This document shows, one piece after another, positions 38,277 to 48,676 of a stretch of DNA of 64,000 nt. How positions within the stretch are numbered: position 1 is the stretch's first letter; every line of letters begins with the position of its first letter. Source of the stretch: Thermoanaerobaculia bacterium (GTDB taxonomy: Bacteria > Acidobacteriota > Thermoanaerobaculia > Multivoradales > Multivoraceae); assembly GCA_963666565.1 (NCBI GenBank), contig OY762911.1, forward strand, positions 4,544,001-4,608,000. The letters are read 5' to 3'. Position numbers and translations under genes: made by a program. The notes under the pieces were generated by a model. The model was not told the DNA's origin. It worked only from the letters and a program-made list of their open reading frames with translations, and made no database searches.

Positions 38277-40829
38277 AAGGGAGTCGATCGGCGGCCTCCG
38301 CAGCGCGCCGGCACTGGCCAGGAGCCCCGTTCCGAGCGACAGCAGGCTGCCGGCCGAGAGCGCCCCGAGCACGGCCCACGGCCGGAACGACCAGGCGAGC
38401 TCCAGTTCCCGCGTCACCAGCCACCACGCCGCCGCCGAACCGAGCGCCGCCGCCACGACCGCCGACGACAGGCCGATCAGGGCGTACTCGGCCGCGAAAG
38501 CGCGCAGCACGTCGAAGCGGGTCGAGCCGATCGTCTTCAGCAGGGCGGCCTCCCGGCCGCGCCGGGCCGAGCTCGCGGCGACCGCGCCGGCCAGCGTCAG
38601 CAGGGCGGCGGCCACCGTGAAGCTGCCGAGCACGCGCACGCCGACCTGGAGGTTGCTCACCAGGACGACGACCTTCTGCAATACCTCCCGGATGCGCACC
38701 ACCGCGACGCCGGGATGGGCCCGGTAGATCGCGTCCTGGATCCGCTGCTCCCTGTCCTCCGGCAACCAGGCGGCGGCGAGCCGCGTGTGCGGCGCCCAGT
38801 CCAGCGCCGCCGGCTCGACGACGAGGAAGAAGTTGATGCCGAACCCCTCCCAGTCGACGCGCCGCAGGCTGGTCACGGTGAGCGTCGTCTCGCGGCCGCC
38901 CACGTCCAGGTCGATCGTCGAGCCCACCTTCACCCCGATCGTCTCCGCGAAGTCCTGCTCGACGCTGACCTCGCCGGCGTCCGGATCGACCCAGGGCGCG
39001 GTCACCGTCGCCGGTCCGGCCGCCTCCAGCATCGCGTTGTCCGCCGGCAGTTCGTCGAGAAAGGTCAACCGCAACTGGCGGTTCAGCGCCCAGCGGTTCC
39101 GCTCGTTGGCGCGCCGCGCCACCGGCACGCCGTCGATCGTCCTGAGCCGGGCCATCACCACCGGCGCCGACTGCACCCTGCGGGCCCCCTGGCGCTCCAG
39201 GAGATCGACGAGGTCGCCCCAGCCCGTCGCGGGCACGTTCAGCAGGAAGGCGCTCGGCGCCTCGTCGGGAAGCCCGGCGGCCAGTTCGTCGTGCAGGTGC
39301 CCCTGGACCGTGAGCATCGCGAGCAGCACCATCAGCCCCATCCCCAGGGCCACCGAGGCCGCCAGCGTGCCCGACTCGGGCCGCGCCAGCGCCGCGACGC
39401 CGTAGCGGAACCAGGAAGAGCGGCACCTGGGCGCCAGCAGGCGCGCCGCTCCCCGCAGCGCCAGCGCCGCCAGGATCAGGACGACGACCGCCGCCCCAAC
39501 CGCGCCCACGAAGCGGACGGCCAGCCACAGCGACCCCGCCTGAAGCGCGGTCGCGCCCGCCACGCCGGCGGCCACCGCGACGACGGAGAGCGCCGCGGCG
39601 AACCGGGAACCCGGCAAGGGTTCGGCGCCCCGCCGAAAAACCCGCACCGGCGGCGCCCGCAGCACGACCAGCAGCGCCGGCGCGGAGAACGCGGTCGACA
39701 CGCCGATGCCGAGCGCCACCCCCCGCAGGAACGCCCCCGGCTGCCAGATCGAGACCGCCTCGACCGGCAGCGCGCCGCCCAGGATCGCCGGTACGAGCAG
39801 CATCGAGAGCAGGCCGACCCCGCCGCCGACCGCCCCGGCCATCAGGCCGAGCAACACCGCCTGGACCACGTACGTCCGCAGCAGATCGCGCGGCCGGGCG
39901 CCCAGGCACTTGAACACGGCGAGCGCGTCTAGACGCTGCGTCAGCCAGGCGCGAATCCCCTGGGCCACGCCGACGCCGCCGACGAGGAGCGACAGCAGCG
40001 CCACCAGCCCCAGGTAACGCGAAAGGCGCTCCAGGTCCTCGCGGATGCCGGGCTGGGCGTCCGCATACGTCTCGATCCGGATCGCGGCATCGTCGCCGAT
40101 CTCGCCACGCAGCCTCTCGGCCAGCGACTCCAGTTCCTCGAGCGAACTCTCCCCCGGCAGCCGCACGAGTGTCCGGTAGCCGCCGAAACCGCCGAACGGG
40201 AAGACGCCAGCCGCCTCCTGTCCCGCCACGCTGAGGAGCACCCGCGGGCCGAAGGCGAAGCCGGTCGGCAGCCGGTCCGGCTCCGCTTCCAGCGTACCGG
40301 CAATCCGGAACGTCCGCCGGCCGAGGCGCAGTTCGTCGCCGACGTCCAGGCCGAGCCGAGCCAGCGCCTCCGGCGACACGAGCGCCGAACGATCGCCGAG
40401 CGCTTCCGCCACACTCGCGCCCGCCGGCAGCGGCGGCGCCGCCGCGACCTCGCCGTAGAACGGATAGCCGCCCGCCACCGCCTTCAGTTCGACCAGCAGG
40501 CTGGAAGCTCCCGCACCGGCCGCTTCCCGCGACGAGGCGCGGCCCGCCATCGCCGCCATTTCGCGCACCTCGGCGCGGGCGGCCCCGGGGATGGCGTCGA
40601 TCGCCTCGATCGCACCGTCCGGAATCGGCCCCCGCGAGCGCAACGCAAGGTCCGCCGCCAGCAGCTTCCTGGCCTCGCCCCGGATCGCACCGTCCACGCT
40701 CGAAGCGAGCCCCGCGACCGAGACCACCGCGCCCACGCCCACCGAGAGGCAAGCCGCCCAGACCCAGACCCGCCCCAGGGAACCGCGAAGCTCCCGTAGC
40801 GAGTAGCGCAAAGCGATCCGCGGGCTCAC
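38262..40829 (-). CDS. FtsX-like ABC transporter permease (YbbP-like)
   Basis: Duplicated FtsX architecture; LAVFKCLGA and AALLKTIGS motifs. Confidence 0.9.
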   Translation of the reverse strand: MSPRIALRYSLRELRGSLGRVWVWAACLSVGVGAVVSVAGLASSVDGAIRGEARKLLAADLALRSRGPIPDGAIEAIDAIPGAARAEVREMAAMAGRASSREAAGAGASSLLVELKAVAGGYPFYGEVAAAPPLPAGASVAEALGDRSALVSPEALARLGLDVGDELRLGRRTFRIAGTLEAEPDRLPTGFAFGPRVLLSVAGQEAAGVFPFGGFGGYRTLVRLPGESSLEELESLAERLRGEIGDDAAIRIETYADAQPGIREDLERLSRYLGLVALLSLLVGGVGVAQGIRAWLTQRLDALAVFKCLGARPRDLLRTYVVQAVLLGLMAGAVGGGVGLLSMLLVPAILGGALPVEAVSIWQPGAFLRGVALGIGVSTAFSAPALLVVLRAPPVRVFRRGAEPLPGSRFAAALSVVAVAAGVAGATALQAGSLWLAVRFVGAVGAAVVVLILAALALRGAARLLAPRCRSSWFRYGVAALARPESGTLAASVALGMGLMVLLAMLTVQGHLHDELAAGLPDEAPSAFLLNVPATGWGDLVDLLERQGARRVQSAPVVMARLRTIDGVPVARRANERNRWALNRQLRLTFLDELPADNAMLEAAGPATVTAPWVDPDAGEVSVEQDFAETIGVKVGSTIDLDVGGRETTLTVTSLRRVDWEGFGINFFLVVEPAALDWAPHTRLAAAWLPEDREQRIQDAIYRAHPGVAVVRIREVLQKVVVLVSNLQVGVRVLGSFTVAAALLTLAGAVAASSARRGREAALLKTIGSTRFDVLRAFAAEYALIGLSSAVVAAALGSAAAWWLVTRELELAWSFRPWAVLGALSAGSLLSLGTGLLASAGALRRPPIDSLREAR

Positions 40830-41515
40830 GGTGCGGGTGCTCCCAGACGGCCATCGACCATGACCAGTTCGCGGTCCGCGCGGGCCGCCACCGCGGGATC
40901 GTGGGTCACGAGCACCAGGGTCGAGCCGACCCGGTCGCGCAGGGCCATCATCACGTCGAGAACCGCCGCGCCGGTCACGGAGTCCAGATTGCCGGTCGGC
41001 TCGTCGCCGAGGAGGATCGGCGGTTCGGCCGCGAACGCCCTGGCCAGAGCCACGCGCTGCTGCTCCCCGCCCGAGAGTTGCGACGGGTAGTGGTGGACGC
41101 GTTCACGCAGGCCGACCTCGGCCAGCAGTTCCTCGGCCCGGCGGCGCGAACGCCGTCGCCCCAGGAGGTCGAGCGGGAACTGGACGTTCTCGCGCGCGGT
41201 CAGGTTCGGCAGCAACTGGAAGGCCTGGAACACGAAGCCGATCTTCTCGCGCCGCAGCAGGGCCAGCTCGTCCTCGCCGAGCGCCTCGATGGGCTGGCCG
41301 TCGATCAGCACGCTCCCCGCGGTCGGCCGGTCGAGCCCGGCCAGCAGCGCGAGCAGCGTCGACTTGCCGGCGCCCGAGGGGCCCCGGATGGAGACGCACT
41401 CTCCGGCCGCCACGTCGAGATCGACGTCGTCGACCACGACCAGCGTGCGTTCCCCGGAGCGCAGTTCGCGCCGCAGTCCGCGCGTCTCGAGCCGGGGCCG
41501 GGCCTCGTCCGGCAC
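40826..41515 (-). CDS. ABC transporter ATP-binding protein (YbbA-like)
   Basis: GPSGAGKST, LSGGEQQRV, DEPTGNLD and VTHD; start approximate. Confidence 0.92.
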   Translation of the reverse strand: MPDEARPRLETRGLRRELRSGERTLVVVDDVDLDVAAGECVSIRGPSGAGKSTLLALLAGLDRPTAGSVLIDGQPIEALGEDELALLRREKIGFVFQAFQLLPNLTARENVQFPLDLLGRRRSRRRAEELLAEVGLRERVHHYPSQLSGGEQQRVALARAFAAEPPILLGDEPTGNLDSVTGAAVLDVMMALRDRVGSTLVLVTHDPAVAARADRELVMVDGRLGAPAP

Positions 41516-41547
41516 GGACGCCGCCGGGCCGGCCGCTTCCCCGGGAC

Positions 41548-42282
41548 TCAGACGTACCCCAGCATCGCCCGCCATTGCTCGAGGCTGTCCGGTCGGAAGT
41601 AGGCGTTCCACATGAGTTCGCGGCCGATCGTCGAGCTGGACTCGGGGCCGTAGTCGTGGCCCGGGTAGATCGCGAGTTCCGGTGGCAGCGCCTTCAGCCG
41701 CTGCAGCGAGCGGAACATGTCGTCGACGTCGCTGTGCGGCAGGTCGATCCGGCCGATCCCCTGGACGAACAGAGTGTCCGCGGTCAGGACGTGGCCGCCC
41801 GCGCGGAAGCAGCAACTGCCGGGCGAGTGCCCCGGCGTGTGCAGCACCTCGACCGGCAGGTCGCCCAGTTCGAGAACGTCGCCGTCCCGAAACGTCTCCA
41901 CGCGGTCGGCCGGGCAACCCGCGATCTCGGCGCCGCGCTCGGCCTCGGCCTCGTGGATCAGCATCGGCAGGTCGAACTCGGCGCGCAGCTCGCGCACGCC
42001 GGGAATGTGCTGGCCCATGATCTCCCCGCCGATGTGGTCCTGGTGGAAGTGGGTTGCCAGCACGCCGACCGGTTCGTAGCCCTGCTCCCGGGCGATCCTG
42101 ACGACGCCGACCGGCTCCCAGGCCGGATCGACGACCCAGGCGTGACGGGTCGACGGATCGGCCAGAACGTAGACGAAGTTCGCCATCGGTCCGGCCTGGA
42201 TCTGGATCAGCCGCGGTTCGGGCGCGGTCGCCGGTTCGGCGCCGGCGGCGGCAGGCTGGGGAGACTGCGGGGAATCGCTCAT
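41548..42282 (-). CDS. MBL-fold hydrolase (glyoxalase II-like)
   Basis: THFHQDHIGG, HTPGHSPG and YPGHDY. Confidence 0.9.
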   Translation of the reverse strand: MSDSPQSPQPAAAGAEPATAPEPRLIQIQAGPMANFVYVLADPSTRHAWVVDPAWEPVGVVRIAREQGYEPVGVLATHFHQDHIGGEIMGQHIPGVRELRAEFDLPMLIHEAEAERGAEIAGCPADRVETFRDGDVLELGDLPVEVLHTPGHSPGSCCFRAGGHVLTADTLFVQGIGRIDLPHSDVDDMFRSLQRLKALPPELAIYPGHDYGPESSSTIGRELMWNAYFRPDSLEQWRAMLGYV

Positions 42283-42411
42283 CGTCCGCGGAATCTACCC
42301 CGCACCCGCCGGGCAAGCCGAATCCGCACGGACACGGGCGCAAGCGAGGCGACGGCCGGCCCAGGGCGGCGGCCGCGACGCCGCGTCCGCGCAGTTGCTA
42401 GCCTCCGCGTC

Positions 42412-43179
42412 ATGACTTCCCGCGACGCCCAACGACTCTTCGATCTCTCAGGACGCACCGCCCTCGTCACCGGCGGCAGCCGCGGCCTCGGCCGCGAGAT
42501 GTCGCTCGCCTTCGCTGCCGCCGGGGCGAACGTCGTCGTCGCGAGCAGGAAGATCGACTCCTGCCGCGCCGTCGTCGCGGAGATCGAGTCGATGGGCCGG
42601 CAGGGCCTTGCTCATGCCTGCCACGTCGGCCGCTGGGACGAGGTGGACGCGCTGATCGACGCCGCGTACGAGCGCTTCGGCCAGGTCGACGTGCTCGTCA
42701 ACAACGCCGGCATGTCGCCGCTCTATCCGAGCCTCGCCGAGGTCAGCGAGGAGCTGTTCGACAAGGTCGTCGGCGTCAACCTGAAGGGCCCCTTTCGACT
42801 GGCCGCTGTGATCGGCGCGCGGATGGCGGAGGGCGACGGCGGCAGCATCGTCAACGTGACCAGCACCGCGGCCATCCACCCCAGCGCCAACGCGGAGCCC
42901 TACGGCGCGGCGAAGGCCGGGCTGAACGCGCTGACCGAGTCGCTGGCGCACGCCTACGGCCCGAAGGTCCGGGTCAACGCGATCATGCCCGGGCCGTTCC
43001 TCACCGACATCTCGAAGGCCTGGGACCTGGAGGCGTTCAACGAGCGGGCCAAGACCTCGATCGCGCTGGGCCGCGGCGGCGAGCCGGACGAGATCGTGGG
43101 CGCGGCCCTCTACCTCGCCTCCGATGCGTCGAGCTACACGACCGGCGCGATCCTGCGGATCGACGGCGGCAGCCGGTGA
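42412..43179 (+). CDS. Short-chain dehydrogenase/reductase
   Basis: TGGSRGLG, NNAG, YGAAK and IDGG. Confidence 0.92.
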   Translation: MTSRDAQRLFDLSGRTALVTGGSRGLGREMSLAFAAAGANVVVASRKIDSCRAVVAEIESMGRQGLAHACHVGRWDEVDALIDAAYERFGQVDVLVNNAGMSPLYPSLAEVSEELFDKVVGVNLKGPFRLAAVIGARMAEGDGGSIVNVTSTAAIHPSANAEPYGAAKAGLNALTESLAHAYGPKVRVNAIMPGPFLTDISKAWDLEAFNERAKTSIALGRGGEPDEIVGAALYLASDASSYTTGAILRIDGGSR

Positions 43180-43270
43180 CGATGGCGGGACCGAAGCGCC
43201 GGAGCGCCCCGGGCGCGCTCGCCCTGGCGTCCGGAAGTACGCGCCGGCCGCCAGGCTGACCCCCCGCGCG

Positions 43271-44050
43271 TCAGGCGCGGCGAACCGTCAGCCCGCCGTC
43301 GACCGGCAGCGCGACGCCGGTGATGAAGGACGACGCCGGCAGGCACAGGTGCAGCGTGCCGTGGGCCACCTCCTCCGGGTCGCCATAGCGGCGGAGCGCG
43401 GTGCGGCGTCGGGCGTAGATCTGCTTGTGCTCTTCGGGGATCCGCTCGGTCATCGCGGTGCGGATCGGGCCGGGGCAGATGCAGTTCACCGTGATGCCCT
43501 CCTTGCCCAGCTCCACCGCCAGCCCCCGGGTCAGGCCGATGACCCCGGTCTTCGCCGCGGAGTAGGCGCTGTTCATGGCCGTCGCGCCCAGCCCCTCGGT
43601 GGAGGCGACGTTGACGATCCGCGGCGAGTGGGACGTGCGGAGCCAGGGCAGCGCGGCCCGGATCGTCCGCTGGTGGGCGGTCAGCAGCACGTTCACGGTC
43701 TCCTGCCAGCGGGCCTCGTACTCGTCCGCGTCGATCGGGCCACCGCGCGAGATGCCGGCGTTGTTCACGAGGATGTCGATGCCGCCGTAGCGCTCCGCGA
43801 CCTCGGCGACGACGCGGCGGATCGCCTCCGGGTCGCCCACGTCCAGGGTCCAGGCTGTCGCTTCGCGGCCGGCGGCCTCGATCTCCGCCACGGTCGCCCG
43901 GACGCCTGCCGCGTCGATGTCCGTCGCGGCGACGTTGGCGCCCTCGGCCGCGAACAGCTTCGCCGTCGCCCGGCCCATGCCGGAGGCGCAACCCGTGATG
44001 AGAGCCGTCAGGCCCTCGACCGATCGGCTCAGCGTGCTCAGTTCCGTCAT
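43271..44050 (-). CDS. Short-chain dehydrogenase/reductase
   Basis: TGCASGMG, NNAG, YSAAK and VDGG. Confidence 0.92.
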   Translation of the reverse strand: MTELSTLSRSVEGLTALITGCASGMGRATAKLFAAEGANVAATDIDAAGVRATVAEIEAAGREATAWTLDVGDPEAIRRVVAEVAERYGGIDILVNNAGISRGGPIDADEYEARWQETVNVLLTAHQRTIRAALPWLRTSHSPRIVNVASTEGLGATAMNSAYSAAKTGVIGLTRGLAVELGKEGITVNCICPGPIRTAMTERIPEEHKQIYARRRTALRRYGDPEEVAHGTLHLCLPASSFITGVALPVDGGLTVRRA

Positions 44051-44161
44051 TCTCGGTGTCTCCTCGTATCTCCTCTCGTCGGCCGCGCAGCCGTCGCCGC
44101 TCGCGCGACGCCGTCCGTCAAGGCCGGCTCGGCCGTTTCATCCGTGCGGCCTCCGTGGGTC

Positions 44162-45568
44162 TCAAGAAGCTCCGCCGCCCGTCTCGACCCACGCAAGCGT
44201 GTCGTCCAGGGCGCGCCCGAAGCGCTCCAGGATCTCGTCGACGTCCGACGCCGTGACGACGAGCGGCGGGCAGAAGGCCACCGTGTCGCCGAGCGCCCGC
44301 AGGATGACGCCGTGCTCCAGGCAGCGGCGTTCCATGAAGGCGCCGACGCCTCGCTCCGGCGCGAAGGCCGCCCGCGTCGCCTTGTCCGCCACCAGTTCGC
44401 AGGCGCCGATCAGGCCCATGCCTCGGGCCTCGCCCACCAGGGGGTGATCGGCGAAGCGTGCCAGCCGCTCCTGGAAGTAGCCGCCGACGCGGGCCGCGTT
44501 GCCGTACACGTCCCGCTCCTCCATCAGTTCGAGGGCGCGCAGCGCCACCGCCGAGCAGACCGGATGGCCGGCATAGGTGTAGCCGTGCCCGAACACGCCC
44601 CAGCGTTCGCCCGCCTCGACGAGCACGTCGACCATCGAATCCGGCGCCAGCACCGCGCTGATCGGCAGGTAGGCGGAGGACAGGGCCTTGGCCAGGCTCA
44701 CCGTCGCCGGCTTCATGCCCATCGCCTCGGCCCCGAAGCGCGTGCCCAGCCGCCCGAAGCCGCAGATCACCTCGTCGTCGATCAGCGCCACGTCGTGCTC
44801 GTCCAGGACCGCCTGGATCCGCTCGTAGTAGCCCGCGGGCGGCACGACGACGCCCCCCGCGCCCATGACCGGCTCGGCGATGAAGGCGGCCACGGTCTCG
44901 GGACCCTCGGCGCGGATCAGGTCGTCCAGCTCGCGAGCCAGCCGTTCCGTGAACTCGTCCTCGGTCTCGCCGGGTTCCGCCTCGCGGTAGTGGTGCGGGC
45001 AGGTAACGTGGAGAATCCCCGGCAGCGGCAGATCGAAGCTCTTGTGGAAGGTCGGCAGACCGGTGAGGCTGCCGGCGCCGAGCGTCGAACCGTGGTAGGC
45101 CCGCCGGCGGCTGACGATCTTCTTCTTCTCGGTGCGGCCGAGGGCGTTGTTGTAGTACCAGGCGAGCTTGATCTGCGTCTCGTTCGCGTCCGAGCCCGAA
45201 ACGCCGAAGAACGCCTTGGCGTAGGGGATCGGGGCCATCTCCCGCAGCTTCTCCGCCAGCGCCACCGCCGGTTCGTGGCTCTTGCCGGCAAAGAGGTGCG
45301 TGTAGGAGAGGTCCCGCATCTGCTCCGCCGCCACATCGGCCAGTTCTTCCACGCCGTAACCCAGGGCGGTACACCAGAGGCCGGCCAGGCCCTCGATGTA
45401 CTCCCTGCCCTCCTCGTCCCAGACGCGGATGCCCTTCGCCCGGGCAACGACGAACGGGCCGTTGCGGCGATGATCCGCCAAGTGGGTCGTCGGGTGGAGG
45501 ACCGACTCGATGTCCCGTGCGGCGGTGCCGGCGGCGGTTGGCGATGCGACGGTCGCGGTCAGGCTCAT
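44162..45568 (-). CDS. Class III PLP aminotransferase
   Basis: GLWC, SGSDANE, YHG, FIAEPV, DEVICGFGRLG and AKALSS. Confidence 0.93.
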   Translation of the reverse strand: MSLTATVASPTAAGTAARDIESVLHPTTHLADHRRNGPFVVARAKGIRVWDEEGREYIEGLAGLWCTALGYGVEELADVAAEQMRDLSYTHLFAGKSHEPAVALAEKLREMAPIPYAKAFFGVSGSDANETQIKLAWYYNNALGRTEKKKIVSRRRAYHGSTLGAGSLTGLPTFHKSFDLPLPGILHVTCPHHYREAEPGETEDEFTERLARELDDLIRAEGPETVAAFIAEPVMGAGGVVVPPAGYYERIQAVLDEHDVALIDDEVICGFGRLGTRFGAEAMGMKPATVSLAKALSSAYLPISAVLAPDSMVDVLVEAGERWGVFGHGYTYAGHPVCSAVALRALELMEERDVYGNAARVGGYFQERLARFADHPLVGEARGMGLIGACELVADKATRAAFAPERGVGAFMERRCLEHGVILRALGDTVAFCPPLVVTASDVDEILERFGRALDDTLAWVETGGGAS

Positions 45569-45660
45569 GTCAACTCCCGTTTCGTGTGTCGTCGGCGCGC
45601 TCGACGGCGAGCGCTCCGGCCGGTTCGCGAGCGGGAGTCTACAGACGACGACCGCTGCCG

Positions 45661-46875
45661 TCAGAGGTCGGTGTCGCCCCGGAGCAGTTGGCGGGCGATC
45701 GTCCGGTTCATGATCTCGTTCGAGCCGTCGGCGACGTTGACCACCCGCAGCGCCTTCCAGGCCTCGGTGAGGCCGAGGTCGTTCGTGAAGCCCAGGGCGC
45801 CGTGGGTCTGCATCGCCCGGTCAACGGCTCGCAGCCCCGCCTGAACGGAGTACGCCTTGGCCATGCTGAGCTCCTTGATCGCGCGTTCGCCGCTGTCCAG
45901 CAACCGCGAAGCGTTCCGGCCCATCAGATGGGCGGCGTGCAGCTCGGTGGCCGACTCGGCCAGAGGGAACGTGACGCCCTGGTACTCGGCGATCGGGGCG
46001 CCGAAGGCTTCACGCTTCCGGGCGTAGTCGAGCGCCGTCTCGATCGCCCAGCGGCCGGCGCCGACGGCACGCGCCGAGTTGTAGACGCGGCCCAGCGAGA
46101 CGCCGTAGAGCGCGGCCGCCAGACCGCGATCGACTTCGCCGATGACCTGCCACGGCTCGACGCGGAGGTCCTCCAGCGCGATCTCCGCCTCGTCGCCGCC
46201 GATGTCGCCGAAGAGCGACACGACCCGCACCCGCCTGAAGCCTTCCGCGTCCGTGGGCACCAGGAAGGCGGTGATCCCTCGCTCGCCGGTGCGCGCGAAG
46301 AGCACGCAGCAGTCGGCGATCGGCCCGTGCGTGGTCCAGATCTTGCGGCCCTCGATCCGCCAGCCGTCGCCGTCCCGCTCGGCGCGGGTCGCAAGCGCCG
46401 ACAGGTCGGAACCGGCGCCGGGCTCCGAGAGCCCGAAGCACATGATCTTCGAGCCGTCCATCAGCCCCGGCAGGAAGCGCGCCCGCGCCCGGTCGGTGAG
46501 TTGCGACAGGAGCCGGCTGGGGCCGAACGCCCAGTGCGACATGACGTGCTGGAGGAGCCAGGGCCGAGGTCCCAGGCGGTGGAAAAGCGCCTGCCAGCCG
46601 GCGTAGTAGGCGAGATGACCGTGGCCGCCGCCGCCGAGTTCCCGGGGTACGCAGGCGGTGAAGATCCCTTCACGGGCCGAGGCGGTCCGGACCTCCCGGA
46701 TCAGGTCGACCGCCTCCGGGCGGAGACGGCCGCCCGCGTCGTAGCGGCGGCGCGGATCGTCGAGGAGATCGCCGTGCCGCTCGTGCCGCGGCAGCACCTC
46801 GCGCTCGGCGAAGTCGAGCGCCCGGTCGCGGAAATCCTCGATGTCCGAGGGCAGCGGCTCGGCGATCGCGGTCAT
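45661..46875 (-). CDS. Acyl-CoA dehydrogenase
   Basis: FGLSEPGAGSD, GRKIWTT, REAFG, QTHGALG and DGSNEI. Confidence 0.93.
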   Translation of the reverse strand: MTAIAEPLPSDIEDFRDRALDFAEREVLPRHERHGDLLDDPRRRYDAGGRLRPEAVDLIREVRTASAREGIFTACVPRELGGGGHGHLAYYAGWQALFHRLGPRPWLLQHVMSHWAFGPSRLLSQLTDRARARFLPGLMDGSKIMCFGLSEPGAGSDLSALATRAERDGDGWRIEGRKIWTTHGPIADCCVLFARTGERGITAFLVPTDAEGFRRVRVVSLFGDIGGDEAEIALEDLRVEPWQVIGEVDRGLAAALYGVSLGRVYNSARAVGAGRWAIETALDYARKREAFGAPIAEYQGVTFPLAESATELHAAHLMGRNASRLLDSGERAIKELSMAKAYSVQAGLRAVDRAMQTHGALGFTNDLGLTEAWKALRVVNVADGSNEIMNRTIARQLLRGDTDL

Positions 46876-46905
46876 CGCGCGAAGCTAGCAGCCTCGCGAG
46901 TTGCT

Positions 46906-46945
46906 GGCCGCCTCCGGCGGCAGCGGGTCGGAAGACCCGCGCACC
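46906..46945 (-). repeat. REP-like element
   Basis: Reverse-complement core starting 12 nt after the esterase stop codon. Confidence 0.85.
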
Positions 46946-46957
46946 CGGTGGGCGCCG

Positions 46958-48676
46958 CTAGCCGCCGCCGAGAGCCCCGTCCAGGGCGTCGAGCTTCTCT
47001 TTCAGCACGCCCGACTCGGCCGCGACCGTGTCGCCAACGACGAGCGCCCGGTCGCTCTCGGCCTCGTACCGCGGCCACTCGGGCAGCCCTTCGCCGTTCG
47101 GGTCGCCGGTCTTCGCGAAGTTCGTCCAGTAGCTCGACAGCAGGTCGGCGATCTCATGGTCCCAAGCCTCCCAGTGGATCCCGACCAGGTCGGTGTTGCC
47201 GAAGACGTAGGCCAGATCGCCGGAGTGGTAGGCGCCCATCCGGCGCGGACCGCCTTCGCCGTCCAGGTCCGGCCGGTCCGGCAGGTACAGCCGGAACACC
47301 GGCGGCGCGTGCGGGATGTAGTAGAGGTAAGCGTCGCCGCCGGCCGCCGCGGCGTGCCGGACCCAGGTGCGGCTGCCCCAGGCGAAGATGGTGTCGGAGA
47401 AGATCAGGCCCGGCACCGCCCCGGGCGCCTGCTCCGCCTCGGAGGCGTAGGCGGCCAGGAGCCCCGCGGCGCCCTCGCCGTACTGCTCCTGCAACTGCCG
47501 TTCGAGCGCCGCGCGTTCGAGCGCCGGGCCGGGCGCGAACAGCGCCCGCGACTCGTCGCCCATGAAGCCGACCATCATCGGCACGCGGTTGTGTTCGCCG
47601 CGGGCGTAGATCGCAGCCGGCCGATCCGGCAGGTACCAGCCGTCGACGACCGTCTTCGCCCCGTCCGACCACCCGGAACTACCGGCGCCGGCCAGCACGT
47701 CCTCGGCCGAAGCGGCCCGCATGGCCGCGGCTGTCTCCTCGGCGGCGGCATCCTCCGCGGCGCCCGGTTCCGCGGCGCTATCTCCCGCGGCGCCCGGTTC
47801 CGAGGCAGTGTTCTCCGCAACGCCCAGTTCCGCGGCGAGCAGAACGCCCCGGCTCTCCGCCTGCTCCAGACCCTCGAGCGGAGTGAAGCAACCGGCCGAC
47901 TGGCCGATCGCGCGGTGGAACAGGCCTGTCGCCAGCGGCGACGCGACCAGGCTGCACACGCTCATCGAGCCCGCCGACTGGCCGAAGATCGTCACTCGCT
48001 CCGGGTCGCCGCCGAACGCCGCCGCGTTGTCGCGCACCCAGCGGAGCGCCGCGATCTTGTCGAGCAGGCCGTAGTTGCCGGACGACCCGTGCTCCGACTC
48101 GGCCGTCAGCGCCTCGTGGGCGAGGAAGCCGAACGGGCCGAGCCGGTAGTTGATCGAAACCAGCACGACGCCCTTGCGAGCCAGCGCGGCGCCGTCGAAG
48201 ATGAGGGACGACCCGTGCCCCACCTCGTGGCTGCCGCCGTGGAACCAGACCATGACCGGCCGCGGACCGGCGCCAGCGCCGGCGGCCGTCCACAGATCGA
48301 GGTAGAGGCAGTCCTCGCTGCGGTCGAGTTCGCCGCGGCTCCAGATGGACGTGTCGGGACCGATCGCCTGCCAGCACGGCGCGCCCGACGCCAAGGCAGG
48401 CCGCACGCCCTCCCACGATGCCGGCGGCTCGGGCGGCCGCCAGCGCAGGTCGCCCACCGGCGGCGCGGCGTAGGGAATGCCGCGGAAGACCAGCACGTCG
48501 CCGGCGGGACCGCGGCCGTCGTCGACCTCCGCGCCCTCGACCGCACCGTAGGAGGTCTCGACAACTACACCCAGATCAGGCTTGGCCGGCGCTCCGTCGC
48601 CGCCGCACGCGGCGACGGCAAGCGCCAGGGCGCACCAGGGGGACAGGGAAGCGCGGGGCGGCAAGAGCCGGCTCAT
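46958..48676 (-). CDS. Type B carboxylesterase, lipoprotein
   Basis: Lipobox VAAC; GIPYAAPP, SEDCLYL, HGG, GQSAG and YHSGD. Confidence 0.92.
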   Translation of the reverse strand: MSRLLPPRASLSPWCALALAVAACGGDGAPAKPDLGVVVETSYGAVEGAEVDDGRGPAGDVLVFRGIPYAAPPVGDLRWRPPEPPASWEGVRPALASGAPCWQAIGPDTSIWSRGELDRSEDCLYLDLWTAAGAGAGPRPVMVWFHGGSHEVGHGSSLIFDGAALARKGVVLVSINYRLGPFGFLAHEALTAESEHGSSGNYGLLDKIAALRWVRDNAAAFGGDPERVTIFGQSAGSMSVCSLVASPLATGLFHRAIGQSAGCFTPLEGLEQAESRGVLLAAELGVAENTASEPGAAGDSAAEPGAAEDAAAEETAAAMRAASAEDVLAGAGSSGWSDGAKTVVDGWYLPDRPAAIYARGEHNRVPMMVGFMGDESRALFAPGPALERAALERQLQEQYGEGAAGLLAAYASEAEQAPGAVPGLIFSDTIFAWGSRTWVRHAAAAGGDAYLYYIPHAPPVFRLYLPDRPDLDGEGGPRRMGAYHSGDLAYVFGNTDLVGIHWEAWDHEIADLLSSYWTNFAKTGDPNGEGLPEWPRYEAESDRALVVGDTVAAESGVLKEKLDALDGALGGG

